Positions 12,001 to 18,761 of a stretch of DNA of 64,000 nucleotides are shown here, piece after piece. Each line of letters opens with the position of its first letter. Positions within the stretch are counted from its first letter, which is position 1. This DNA is from Cenarchaeum sp. (GTDB taxonomy: Archaea > Thermoproteota > Nitrososphaeria > Nitrososphaerales > Nitrosopumilaceae): assembly GCA_965242695.1 (NCBI GenBank), contig CBDESU010000001.1:992001-1056000 (forward strand), in the 5' to 3' direction. The position numbers were made by a program, and so were the translations under genes. The notes beneath the pieces were generated by a model, which did not search any database, was not told the DNA's origin, and worked only from the letters and a program-made list of their open reading frames with translations.

Positions 12001-12466
12001 GCAGGTGCAGGAGCCGCCCGCCGCGCCTCAGCCCGAGGCCGCCCCAGAGGCCGCGGCCGCAGAGGGCGGAGGCTGCCTTGTCGCAACGGCCGCGTACGGG
12101 ACCGAGCTCGCCCCGCAGGTGCAGGCGCTGCGCGAGGTTCGCGATGCCGCAGTCATGCAGACCGGGGCCGGCTCTGCGCTCTTGTCCACGTTCCATTCGG
12201 CGTACTATGCCGTCTCGCCGCAGGTCGCCGACCTGGAGCGCGAGCATCCCATATTCAGGGATGCGGTTCGCGCCGCGATCGCGCCCGCGCTCTACTCGGC
12301 GCAGATGCTCTCGCCTGCCGAGCCCGGCTCGGAGTCCGGCGTCCTCGCGTACGCCGCAGCAGCCGCAGTCGCCTCAATGGCCACGCTGTACGTTGCGGTG
12401 CCGGCCGCCGCTGCGGGCGCCGCGGCGTTCGCCAAGGGGCGGCTCGGCAACAAGGACGTCCCGTAG
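5..12466 (+). CDS. Giant repetitive cell-surface protein with C-terminal CFI-box-CTERM anchor (probably 5'-partial)
   Basis: 4153-aa ORF, open from the window edge. About 21 ~130-aa Ig-like modules (P.LDL..G.L...FDE ... LT.AQKA ... D(L/V)SGN), a beta-propeller-like segment, poly-Gly linker, SWDCD domain, Pro/Glu-rich linker, then GGCLVATAAYGTELAPQVQALREVRD and a hydrophobic tail. Confidence 0.9.
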   Translation: MALAPLEVLRMHHALRGGAALYANITSSTASDLSGNPFAGAVGTPVSLGRAGGGGGGVGSDVRQGAGTLGAPRGGGGGGGIGDGGSSLGASSDAQTRPPLRGAVPGAGAFEKIPGGIGGLGFDGRDGNGGPAPLYAFGYPPVLAAQSPVRLDLNTGVLEVQFALYTFIDMQDVDLSGIEIHGDGVRVSLEGASLDLAGADMVGNGLYATTVVVNLTAAQKAAAAEAGSGALIDIPYGAFTDGDPFAGVTGERIAITSDAAPPALLPGASSLDLGAGRLVLAFDEHIAAPSAVNPADFDILPGGDATARVNLDDAKSVLAYNATVEIVLSAYQKALVVGARGGPSSAAAGNASVSTAAAGAVRDASGNALPAVDALSISTLPDGAAPVLAAAPILNIGAGTLTLDFDEYVGAVAGVVPAQVSVTAQGGQSTSWQPQSLTTMENGTRLQFAFGDAQTAALRQANASATAPLALGVAAAAGIADLSGNPFALAAANLTTVDDATPPALEPETLPVLDIGRGAITMRFTEHIEAGGIDISGMAIEDASGAARVHLAGADVKPPVDPSSEYITEMDASLVITLTAAQKGAVAAAQASAGPVRIDAPPSAITDTAGFWFAGMSNHPLDIVPDTVPPAVADPPAVADPSASFPRLDMARGILSVQFDESVDAGTADPSAFTLHSVPAGSAAGTAPTSVLLGAATVLPAREGADATVLELGLTAAQLAAVSGLSGSAGAPSVNLTMAAGAVRDVSGNAFEASDVGPIAATEDGSSPVLAAEPVLDLDAGTVLVQFSEYVNASGIDLSRVSLVGVEAEAALVQLGSGGAGGSAQAFAHGLFIESADGSTRASASVLISLTGEQKALAAHASVSEISIEQGAVDDLSANSFEGIDRALLAVIPDETAPALAGNGTYLDMGDGVLHAVFDEHIDPAEVDPSRIALSIYGASANGSAPSLVGLDGAAPLRSALYTADASMQLTAAQRAAVQDAINEAGGRADEAAIEIIVLPGGAAADLSGNGAARSSAAVELRADGSAPALAGAAPAVLNLAEGTLTLNFDEYVDASSANASAIAIEDQAEVRRTSLDDASLADISDSDRIVVLLTPAQRAAAQAANASADGPVRIDIAAAGPAFRDLAGNAFGGASNLNVSTTNDSADPELVGSPALDLDSAKATLTLRFDKRIPAGAADASGMYVQGADGTTGTTQLAGAAVSHRQAAGGQGTYVVVSLTAAQKASVVASYMATDTPAATLDVSPSAIEDQWHNRFAGLAAEPLSDTADETPPGMIGAPVVDLGAGTIRIEFDEYVRASSANASALSIMTGGTPTALAGAHTLTGEDGPSVLLAMTADQKAAAESEYNGAGYLTVTAGASLVSDIARNPFAAGAPAANATVHLDSLPPALLQAPPPSLDLGTGRLVLEFDEHVDVSEVDLSAASIVLPPAPSSSGRTAPQPVGLSGASAAPSSDGQRVEIELTAGQRGTLIAGGAASPGHAGAQLRLGQGFVLDLGGNPTAAVQAVRMDVAPDGAAPSLDSEAPPTLDLGSGALRIAFTEQVDPAESDLARVSIAASASADAPRIQLASAHVEPRDGGTTVLTLLLTRDEKGSLPASSQGGNLDEARLYVGSGAFSDLSGNAIASSEADVSVSADTTLPLLDRSADPLYNSARSTIEFDFDEYVDTAAVDPSKITVRSHASSPPVSIVLNASSPVAAAEEGRTGSWHRIAVDLVAGTPQADAVADAAAAAGAGAAGQLRIDVERGAFSDLSGNEFAGLGNHTLASADDALAPALVGPPSLDLGSGTLFLRFGEPVLAAPGVLQTSDILIGGPNGSDPIALDRSRVVAQDTGRTGASPLAEISLDAHDLARARALYLDSAGAMTITVPAADIRDRAYNEFAGLDRAHLDVVPDAAGPSLAPAAGPVLDMAAGILSVPFDEGIDAARIDPSGVALRLAGGGGGDRQAATGTALAGSHATVAGSGGIATVAVVELSHAQKAALAADADAAEASSNADPRVWIAAGSFYDVSGNAAPAVERARLSVVPDDRPPAIDAAAAPVLDLGEQALEIHFDEYVHAAAADLSLIDVSVIDGSGDGDGRHRIPLDAARVEPSGASDGDTDTIRILLTAGQAAALATAVESSALIGFGDPALLVISDGAVADLSGNAIAGPAGGAGTAARLAVIPDGIPPALDPARPSVLDMSAGALTVWLDEHVDAGAADLSRLALAASGGAGSGTPSPSISLAGAAADALQPAAGPYGTDAVVVRLTHVQKAWASAASAAGAAITLSASPGALYDLSGNAMPATAAASPVRVGALADTARPQLDGLPVLNLALGTLMFDLDEFADATKVAASGMSVEGADAANSTTLAGAAVSDVPHGADAGLPDTYSDRIIVEPTAAQNASIQAYAQPIRLAGLPAGSLSDLAGNGIERLVRVPLIHTNDTSGPALESAAVDLRDGDVMLEFNEDIDAAGAVISHMSLSPPGSDPASYYLAGADILLPPGGAPTDRMELRLSGAQKASVALAYASSGSLAFAAPAGAIDDPFGNHAAVLNMTADVDEDDSPPELLRTGPQAPVLDLGSGVLTLRFDEYVSTAGIDASAISMRGIGGESAASPEAVALAGSEVEAGAGALAAASGTYSDMVVVSLSPAKKAAAVQSVGYDSLAALLDIGASASIADPSSARLAAVSDAHLLVRPDHAPPHIVTGRTVLDLAAGTLVVALDEHVLPNRADASRITVSGTAPGAAVVRLAGASVSTAGGSSDTVTFKLTGAQAAAAAAATLAAAGSGGDAPRHEASLRIDAGAFVDPSGNTFAGAADVRPAATLPPVSVLGASVESPEAVLVKYTHNLTSSSPSSDYSLAIDGAQRAVSGVDGSGTASHTVGFGPAAAAPDAAGMLDIGRLAGIGETLYEFSGAVAVPVLDGQNPSALSAFAVNSSALTVSFDEAVAGVDASDFASVSPSGDGGAPASAVSVSGAGASRLVVLDREIFAAGAGGTIGGVPAGAYTDAAGNPGSAIDGLPVSAPSGAVRAAGTAPVYLAAGTLVRNVSGTSPSIDLTGLGGAFPRTGDFVLSADGLATVTFAAGTTVSGLPAGAAPVLSISVANRTVPDRSVIGAGQLVLVEIGSASADIVLDRPARIEIAGAAGRSMFWMDAGGRVSLIDAACDADSLAAAEAQLDAGQECAVDAGAAKAIYTYHLTVFGAVAPPPRAPSPGPGAVPAAAGTCAPDPSKCSYVAATAASAAPASGGGFGATAGAPAAVSPYDGMLYAAGPATNQTLGESVYVLDPARGHAVVAEIGLQTDPEHPARMRVVAIAPDASSDSPLVRATAMRESSEPPVRELPMLLVIDASDRTLARHGALLYTDQVGRTVESGAPALLAAADAGGSSALDGLAYVGMQTVPSGVPAMRLDGGPVLLVNTTGESARVEPMYVPGGPEGVPAFPSPDAGGYYYPREGWQPTAMAADGRTLYMVGAAWQRGPAAEPSSNTFGLLTLSFAGNASGSAGGQEMPTPRYALAGAVELASLPDADADNSSFTAAGMALDTARSRLYVQYGNGTIASYALGPAEDGAARLPSYLHVVGTAADPRGLALDAGTGILYAAAGDSVLVYDASDSRRIAAVEIGPGGAAGLSVSPVVPQGAGGAPVYAIPAVQGDPLRIIRAVDAPSVAAVSAPAGSYGAGSSVPITVAFTRDVVVAGGIPALALDVRRAADSAPAAATYQGGSGTRSLEFSYAVMAGDASPDLMYAGTDALTLPAGASIAGASGDMQNASLALPAPGPMGGAGGAVRIGAADAPPPVVVATPAGAGSPAGPFGFGGGGGGGGGGGGGSGGRTGLAVGAGPALEVSSVSWDCDRGLAWITLGGLPAGSSASLPDVSILASSGTTAARAAPGAAAAAGMATYEADLPEDEVFLVRATLVDGREAASVSKTVRTAGQCAGEAVFGSGSAGAGQAAAAAGMPDAAPDPRPAPAPSPGSAAEDDGTEGRPDAPAPKAQKEPEPAAEAESEAESEPEDAPPAQAQELRAQVQEPPAAPQPEAAPEAAAAEGGGCLVATAAYGTELAPQVQALREVRDAAVMQTGAGSALLSTFHSAYYAVSPQVADLEREHPIFRDAVRAAIAPALYSAQMLSPAEPGSESGVLAYAAAAAVASMATLYVAVPAAAAGAAAFAKGRLGNKDVP

Positions 12467-12687
12467 GCATCGCGGGCATTTGCGCAGCGGCTGGCCACCC
12501 TCTGCCCTCCGTCGCCCGCCGCAGCACCTCCGCCCCGTCCCGCCGCCCCGGTGCCCGAATGTTCGCGCGATCCGCTCCGCCGCGCGTCCTGCGCCGCTGC
12601 GGCGGCCTAGCGGTTCGCGCAACGCCATTTTTATGGCCCTTATAAGGATCGTATTATACATAAATACTACTGCGCTTGCACCCCGGC

Positions 12688-14733
12688 ATGGCCCGGAGAA
12701 GGTACCGGTTTCCGCTCACGTCGCACATGATGCGCCAGAGCCCCCACGACATCATGGTCAGGATGGCCGAGAACAAGGCGGACTCGGGCGGCGTGATCCT
12801 GCGCATCAAGAGGTCGATAGTCGCAGACTCGGCGACCGCAGTGGAAAAGTTTACCCAGTGGCGGCTGGAGATAAAGCTAGAGTCCGAGAACGGCGGGAAA
12901 CGCATAACCGTGCGCATCGAGGACATTGGCGTGGACGCAAGCGTGCCGCGGGCGCGCATCGATGCGGCGATGGGCATCTACCTGAACGCAAAGGCCGTCA
13001 GGCGCGTGGCCGTCAGGTGCGGGCTGGGCGGCCTGCTGCTGTGGATAGACGGGGGCGGCCTGCAGCGCCTCGAGGCCATGCTCAGGGAGCGTCACGCCCA
13101 CATCCACTCGTTCTCGCACGAGTATCCCGACGACGTGGGCGCGTGCAGGACGGCCGAAGCGGTGCTCCGCGCCGGCCTGGACGACCGCCCGATCGACAGG
13201 GCCGCCGCCAAGCTGATAGAGGGCAGATTCATGGAGATGGCGGGGCGCGGCGGCGAGGCGCGCGCCGCGTACGAGACCGCCCTGGAGGACTGCAAGGGCT
13301 GCAAGGGCGGCGGCAAGGAGGGCGCGCTGGCCCTCGTCTGCTCGGGGCATGCGCTCGCCCACCTGGGGCGGGACGAAGAGGCGGAGGCCGCCCTTTGGGA
13401 TGCAGTCAAGGCGGATCCTGGCAGCCACCTTGCGTACCTCGAGCTCGGGCACCTGGCGCTGCTGGCCGGCCGCCACGCCGATGCGGGCCGCATGTACGCA
13501 AGGGCCATCGAGATCGACCCGTCGTACGCCCCGGCGCGCGTGTTCCAAGGGCATGTGCTGCTCGTGGTTGATGTCCCGGGAGGCGGGCGCGCCGCCGGGT
13601 ACTACGAGGCCGGACTCGCGCTGGATCCCCACGACGTGTCGGCGCACGTGGGATGGGGCCTCGACATGGCCGCGCAGGGCCTGCACGCCGAGGCGGCCGA
13701 GCACTTCAAGGAGGGCATGCGGATCGACCCCGACGACGCGGCCCCGCGCGTGGCGCTCGGGCATGCAATGGCCGCGCTCGGCCGCGATGCGGATGCGGCC
13801 GGCGCGTACGAGGAGGCGATCGAGATGGGCGCGGGGCTCGGAATCCGCGGCGGCGCGGCCGGCCGCGCGGTCGACAGGACGATTCGCCTGAGGTTCAGGC
13901 TAGGCGGCGTGTCTGCGCATGTCGGCCTGGCCGGCGCCATGGCGAGGATGGGGCGCGGCGAGGAGGCGCTGGCGCGCTACAGGGAGGCGGCAGATCTTGA
14001 CGGCGGCAGTGCCGAGGCGCACGCGGGCGCGGCGAGGATGCTGGCCGCCCTCGGGCAGTGGGAGGCGGCAATCCCCGAGTACCGCGCGGCGATCGAGATC
14101 GACCCGCGCAGTGCAAGGGCGCACCTGGGACTAGCAGACGCACTCTTGAATGCCGGCCGCCCCGAGGAGGCCGCTTACGAGTACCGCGCGGCGATCGAGA
14201 TCGACCCGCGCAGTGCAAGGGCGCACCTTGGCCTGGCAAGCGCACTCTCAAAGGCGGGCCGCCCCGAGGAGGCCGCTTACGAGTACCGCGCGGCGATCGA
14301 GATCGACCCGCGCAGTGCAAGGGCGCACCTGGGACTAGCAGACGCACTCTTGAATGCCGGCCGCCCCGAGGAGGCCGCTTACGAGTACCGCGCGGCGATC
14401 GAGATCGACCCGCGCAGTGCAAGGGCGCACCTTGGCCTGGCAAGCGCACTCTCAAAGGCGGGCCGCCCCGAGGAGGCCGCTTACGAGTACCGCGCGGCGA
14501 TCGAGATCGACCCGCGCAGTGCAAGGGCGCACCTGGGACTAGCAGACGCACTCTTGAATGCCGGCCGCCCCGAGGAGGCCGCTTACGAGTACCGCGCGGC
14601 GATCGAGATCGACCCGCGCAGTGCAAGGGCGCACCTTGGCCTGGCAAGCGCATTGTCCGCTGAAAAAATGACGATAGAGGCGCAGCGCGCATACGAGCGC
14701 GCCGTCGAGCTTGATCCCGGCATAGGCGGGTGA
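12688..14733 (+). CDS. Tetratricopeptide-repeat (TPR) protein
   Basis: 34-aa repeats such as EYRAAIEIDPRSARAHLGLADALLNAGRPEEAAY. AT-rich TATA-like element (ttatacataaata) ends about 22 nt before ATG 12688. Confidence 0.9.
   Translation: MARRRYRFPLTSHMMRQSPHDIMVRMAENKADSGGVILRIKRSIVADSATAVEKFTQWRLEIKLESENGGKRITVRIEDIGVDASVPRARIDAAMGIYLNAKAVRRVAVRCGLGGLLLWIDGGGLQRLEAMLRERHAHIHSFSHEYPDDVGACRTAEAVLRAGLDDRPIDRAAAKLIEGRFMEMAGRGGEARAAYETALEDCKGCKGGGKEGALALVCSGHALAHLGRDEEAEAALWDAVKADPGSHLAYLELGHLALLAGRHADAGRMYARAIEIDPSYAPARVFQGHVLLVVDVPGGGRAAGYYEAGLALDPHDVSAHVGWGLDMAAQGLHAEAAEHFKEGMRIDPDDAAPRVALGHAMAALGRDADAAGAYEEAIEMGAGLGIRGGAAGRAVDRTIRLRFRLGGVSAHVGLAGAMARMGRGEEALARYREAADLDGGSAEAHAGAARMLAALGQWEAAIPEYRAAIEIDPRSARAHLGLADALLNAGRPEEAAYEYRAAIEIDPRSARAHLGLASALSKAGRPEEAAYEYRAAIEIDPRSARAHLGLADALLNAGRPEEAAYEYRAAIEIDPRSARAHLGLASALSKAGRPEEAAYEYRAAIEIDPRSARAHLGLADALLNAGRPEEAAYEYRAAIEIDPRSARAHLGLASALSAEKMTIEAQRAYERAVELDPGIGG
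14077..14652 (+). repeat. Tandem 102-bp TPR-coding repeat, alternating A/B units (204-bp period)
   Basis: Unit starts gagtaccgcgcggcgatcgagatc at 14077, 14179, 14281, 14383, 14485 and 14587. Alternate units are identical at DNA level. Confidence 0.95.
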
Positions 14734-14842
14734 CGCTACGAAGGATTCGAGGGAGGGGGCGTATAACGGCGGCGCGAGTGGCGGCGCGACAGCTGTACCA
14801 TGCCCAATTTGACGAGTAGAAAAAAGGCCAGGGGCGGCCGAT

Positions 14843-15298
14843 CTAGCAGGATCGACGAGCCGTCATGTTAATGTACTCGCGTCGGAACATCTCGAAGTTG
14901 CCCACCATGATCTGATGGTTTGTCGCATCTTCAATGTTACGCCTAGTGCACTCGTCGGTGATCTCGTCGGTGATCTCGTCGGTGATCTCGTCGGTGATCT
15001 CGTCGAGCGTCTCCTTGTGCATTCGATCCATGTACTCGCCAACGGTCATCCCCATGCGCGCCTCGTAGTCTGCCTTGGACTTCTCCATGTACTCCTCGCG
15101 GCCGTCGTCCTCCTCGGGCATATTCTTGAGCCACTCTTCATACCACGCCAGCCACGCCGTGTCGTTCCTAACCTTTGCGCCCACGGAGAGCCACCTCAGG
15201 AACGCATCGAACGGCATGACGTACTTGGCATCCTGCCCCGCCGCCGGGCCGCCGCCAGAACCGCCGCCCCGCGCAGGCACCTGCCTTGTCACGCTCAT
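14843..15298 (-). CDS. Hypothetical protein with (DEIT)n microrepeat; paralogue of 16610..17077
   Basis: ORF with TATA-like element about 22 nt upstream and a close paralogue in the adjacent duplication. 12-bp repeat ctcgtcggtgat at 14951-15005. Confidence 0.75.
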   Translation of the reverse strand: MSVTRQVPARGGGSGGGPAAGQDAKYVMPFDAFLRWLSVGAKVRNDTAWLAWYEEWLKNMPEEDDGREEYMEKSKADYEARMGMTVGEYMDRMHKETLDEITDEITDEITDEITDECTRRNIEDATNHQIMVGNFEMFRREYINMTARRSC

Positions 15299-15524
15299 CA
15301 AACTGCGGCGGCAAGGCCCCTATATGAGCATTGTGTACGACAAAAAAGGGCGGTCCAGGATGTGATCAGGTCCACTACCCGTGTGATTGGGCCGGCACAG
15401 GCAGGCCGACACCTTGATGGCATGTCACATGCCGTACGCTCCGCTAGGGCGGCAGGCACTGTCGGGCGGCTTGCAGGGTGGCGGTACAAGAGGGACAGAA
15501 TCTAGCTCGCGTTGGTCTTCTACT

Positions 15525-15705
15525 GTGTCGGCGCACTGGGAGTGGGCATCGACAGGGCTACGCCGGGCCTGCATGGATGCGGCCATGTACTTGAGGGCGT
15601 GTAGATCGACCCCGACGATGCGGCCCCGCGCGTGGCGCTCGGGCATGCAGTGGCTGCGCCCGGTCGCGATGCGGATGCGGCCGGCGCATACGAGAGGCGA
15701 TCGAG
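15525..15705 (+). pseudogene. Decayed remnant of the duplicated TPR gene upstream of ATG 15706
   Basis: Aligns to about 13636-13825 (gtgtcggcgcac...gatcgaccccgacga...gcggccggcgc) but carries indels and substitutions. Confidence 0.7.
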
Positions 15706-16545
15706 ATGGGCGCGGGGCTCGGAACCCGCGGCGGCGCCGCCGGCCGCGCGGTCGACAGGACGATTCGCCTGAGGTTCAGGCTAGGCGGCGTGTCTGCGCA
15801 CGTCGGCCTGGCCGCCGCCATGGCGAGGATTGGGCGCGCCGAGGAGGCGCTGGCGCGCTACAGGGAGGCGGCAGATCTTGACGGCGGCAGTGCCGAGGCG
15901 CACGCGGGCGCGGCGAGGATGCTGGCCGCCCTCGGGCAGTGGGAGGCGGCAATCCCCGAGTATCGCAGGGCGATCGAGATCGACCCGCGCAGTGCCGAGG
16001 CGCACCTTGGCCTGGCAAGCGCACTCTCAAAGGCGGGCCGCCCCGAAGAGGCCGCTTACGAGTACCGCGCGGCGATCGAGATCGACCCGCGCAGTGCCGA
16101 GGCGCACCTTGGCCTGGCCGACTCGCTCTCAAGTATGGGCCGCCCCGAAGAGGCCGCTTACGAGTACCGCGCGGCGATCGAGATCGACCCGCGCAGTGCC
16201 GAGGCGCACCTTGGCCTGGCCGACTCGCTCTCAAGTATGGGCCGCCCCGAAGAGGCCGCTTACGAGTACCGCGCGGCGATCGAGATCGACCCGCGCAGTG
16301 CCGAGGCGCACCTTGGCCTGGCCGACTCGCTCTCAAGTATGGGCCGCCCCGAAGAGGCCGCTTACGAGTACCGCGCGGCGATCGAGATCGACCCGCGCAG
16401 TGCCGAGGCGCACCTTGGCCTGGCAAACGCGCTGTCCGCTACGAAAATGACTACAGAGGCACAGCGCGCATACGAGCGCGCCGTCGAGCTTGATCCCGGC
16501 ATAGGCGGGCGACGCTATGAAGAATTAGATGGATGGGGCGCATAA
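15706..16545 (+). CDS. TPR protein, 5'-truncated duplicate of 12688..14733
   Basis: Near-identical to the C-terminal part of the first TPR protein. Five 102-bp units start at 15958, 16060, 16162, 16264 and 16366. Confidence 0.75.
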   Translation: MGAGLGTRGGAAGRAVDRTIRLRFRLGGVSAHVGLAAAMARIGRAEEALARYREAADLDGGSAEAHAGAARMLAALGQWEAAIPEYRRAIEIDPRSAEAHLGLASALSKAGRPEEAAYEYRAAIEIDPRSAEAHLGLADSLSSMGRPEEAAYEYRAAIEIDPRSAEAHLGLADSLSSMGRPEEAAYEYRAAIEIDPRSAEAHLGLADSLSSMGRPEEAAYEYRAAIEIDPRSAEAHLGLANALSATKMTTEAQRAYERAVELDPGIGGRRYEELDGWGA

Positions 16546-16609
16546 CGGCGGCGCGACAGCTGTACCATGCCCAATTTGACGAGCAGAAGAAGGGCTAGGG
16601 GCCGCCGAT

Positions 16610-17077
16610 CTAGGAGGATCGGCGAGCAGTCATGTCAACGTACTCGCGCCGAAACATCTCAAAGTTGCCTACCATGATCTGCTTGTTTGTCGCCTTTTCA
16701 ATGTTCCGCCTAGTGCACTCGTCGCTGATCCTGTCGCTGATCCTGTCGCTGATCCTGTCGCTGATCCTGTCGCTGATCCTGTCGCGCATCTCCTTGCGCA
16801 TTTGATCCATGTACTCGTCAACGGTCATCCCAATGCGCGCCTCGTAGTCTGCCTTGGACCTCTCCATGTACTCCTCGCGGCCGTCGTTCTCCTCGGGCAT
16901 GTTCTTGAGCCACTCTTCATACCGCTCCAGCCACGCCGTGTCCTTCCTAGCCCTTGCGCCCACGGAGAGCCACCTCAGGAACGCATCGAACGGCATGACG
17001 TACTTGGCATCCTGCCCCGCCGCCGGGCCGCCGCCAGAACTACCGCCCCGCGCAGGCACCTGCCTTGTCACGCTCAT
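16610..17077 (-). CDS. Hypothetical protein with (SDRI)n microrepeat; paralogue of 14843..15298
   Basis: Same N- and C-termini as its paralogue. 12-bp repeat gtcgctgatcct at 16721-16785. Confidence 0.75.
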   Translation of the reverse strand: MSVTRQVPARGGSSGGGPAAGQDAKYVMPFDAFLRWLSVGARARKDTAWLERYEEWLKNMPEENDGREEYMERSKADYEARIGMTVDEYMDQMRKEMRDRISDRISDRISDRISDRISDECTRRNIEKATNKQIMVGNFEMFRREYVDMTARRSS

Positions 17078-17276
17078 CAAACTGCGGCGGCGGCGCCCCT
17101 ATATGAGCATATGGTACGGCAAAAAAAGAGGTGCCAGTCCCGACGGATTTGGCTGGCGCAGCCGGGCCGCATCGACAGAAGCCACCCTTGGCAGTGTTCG
17201 AGTCGAGCCAGCGCATGCCTGCAAGTCGCGGCCGTCGTCGAATGCTCGGCGGCGCACGGGCAACACATGGCCGTAC

Positions 17277-17374
17277 GCACAATGTTTCTAAATTCGAATT
17301 TTGAAATATTGTGGTTCCGGGCCTCGTGACGCGGCGGTTGCGTGCACAATGTTTCTAAATTCGAATTTTGAAAT
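17277..17374. repeat. Two identical 31-bp AT-rich palindromic repeats (67-bp period)
   Basis: gcacaatgtttctaaattcgaattttgaaat at 17277-17307 and 17344-17374. The first extends into a 36-bp palindrome (17278-17313, 2 mismatches). Confidence 0.9.
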
Positions 17375-17416
17375 GCCAAATGCCGACGGCGGCGGGCACG
17401 GCCGCGGCCGCCGGGA

Positions 17417-17905
17417 TCAGCAGTTGAGCAGGCACACGACGCCAACGTCCAGCGACGACTGCACCTTTGTCGGGACGATGTCGATGCTGTACCTCGCATC
17501 CTCGTCAAACGGCACGTCAAACTGCGTCGTCCACACAGACTCCTCGCCCGGCTGGATGTAGTAGTCGAGCAGGTCCTCGTCGCTGAACCCCCCGTATACG
17601 GGCTGCGTCTTTGTCCCCTCTTCGTCGACGATGCGAAACTGCCAGCCGGACATGCGCGTCTCCTCGTCGCCGAGGTTGGTCGCGTGTATGCGGATCTTTA
17701 CAAAGACGTTGTCCGGGACGGTATCCTCGTCGCCCTCGTGGGTTCCCTCGTACTCTACGACGTACCGCACGGGCCCCACCGTGACGGGCTCGCCCACCCC
17801 CACCCTGGCCACGTCCGGCTGGTACTCGCCGTAAAAGTAGTAGAGGGCAATGCCCATCGAGGCCACGATGGCGGCCACCACGACGACGATTCCGGCGCTG
17901 ATCAT
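17417..17905 (-). CDS. DUF4352-like membrane-anchored protein
   Basis: N-terminal TM helix, then FVKIRIHATNLG...FRIVDEEG...IQPGE...FDVP. TATA-like element about 22 nt before ATG 17905. Confidence 0.75.
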   Translation of the reverse strand: MISAGIVVVVAAIVASMGIALYYFYGEYQPDVARVGVGEPVTVGPVRYVVEYEGTHEGDEDTVPDNVFVKIRIHATNLGDEETRMSGWQFRIVDEEGTKTQPVYGGFSDEDLLDYYIQPGEESVWTTQFDVPFDEDARYSIDIVPTKVQSSLDVGVVCLLNC

Positions 17906-18168
17906 GCGCCGGCGGGTCGGGCGCGCGTATTTAGAGCGTGCGCGGAGGGGCCGCGCATGCCCCAATGTCCGCCGTACGACCCCCCCGTGTCCGGCCCCGG
18001 ATGGGCCGCCCGGACGGGCGGATTTGCGCGCAGGCTTGCCCCGATCCCGGCAGTGGCGAGGGGTTTAGCTTTTAGGCGCAGGCCCGAAAGCGGCCACATG
18101 TCGAGCTGCGCAACCGCCATTGTTCTGCTGGTGCCGCGCACATGCAGGCGCCGGCGTTAAACCCCCCG

Positions 18169-18720
18169 TCAAACCGGCATTTTCGACGAGGCGTCCCACA
18201 GGCGTGGATCCTCGTTTGGCCTGGGGGGGTTTAACGAATAGGCGTTGGCGTCTAGCGCGCCGGCTATCCACTCGTCCAAGAGGTCGCCGGCTATCGTAAT
18301 ATGGACGATGCGGCGGCGCAGGTCGTCCTTGGTGAGGCGGGCCGGCGAGAATATGACGCACTCTATCACGGCCACGAGCGTGTCGTATTTGTCGAGCGTC
18401 CCGTCCATCCCCGCATAGGCCCTGTCCAGGCTCGGTATCTGATCGAACTGCTCGGTCAGCTCCTCGTAGAACGCGCGCTTGTCGGCAGCCCGCAGCCGCA
18501 GGAACACGCCCTTTTGGCGGGCCGAGAACTTGCAGGTCGAGGATACTGCGAGTATGCCCGGGTCGCGCCGCGGCCTGTACACCTCGATGCGGTTGCCGTG
18601 CCGGCCGGCGTGGTCCATGACGAACTTGAACGACTCGCCCGACTTTGACACGGGGCGGAAGGGGTAGTTGAGGTCTGCAAGCCACCGCCTGACCATCGCC
18701 TTTAGCGTCTGGACGTGCAA
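18169..18720 (-). CDS. Conserved hypothetical protein, DUF2299-like
   Basis: VRRWLADL..F...FKF...IEVYRP...ILAV pattern. TTG 18720 chosen from TATA spacing. Confidence 0.55.
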   Translation of the reverse strand: MHVQTLKAMVRRWLADLNYPFRPVSKSGESFKFVMDHAGRHGNRIEVYRPRRDPGILAVSSTCKFSARQKGVFLRLRAADKRAFYEELTEQFDQIPSLDRAYAGMDGTLDKYDTLVAVIECVIFSPARLTKDDLRRRIVHITIAGDLLDEWIAGALDANAYSLNPPRPNEDPRLWDASSKMPV

Positions 18721-18761
18721 TGCGCCCGCCCCCTGCTGGCCGCCCAATATATGGCTCGCCG

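Noticed and set aside
14077-14652. Regular repeats as a possible CRISPR array or DGR template
   Set aside because: In-frame 102-bp TPR units with no spacers; no reverse transcriptase in the window.
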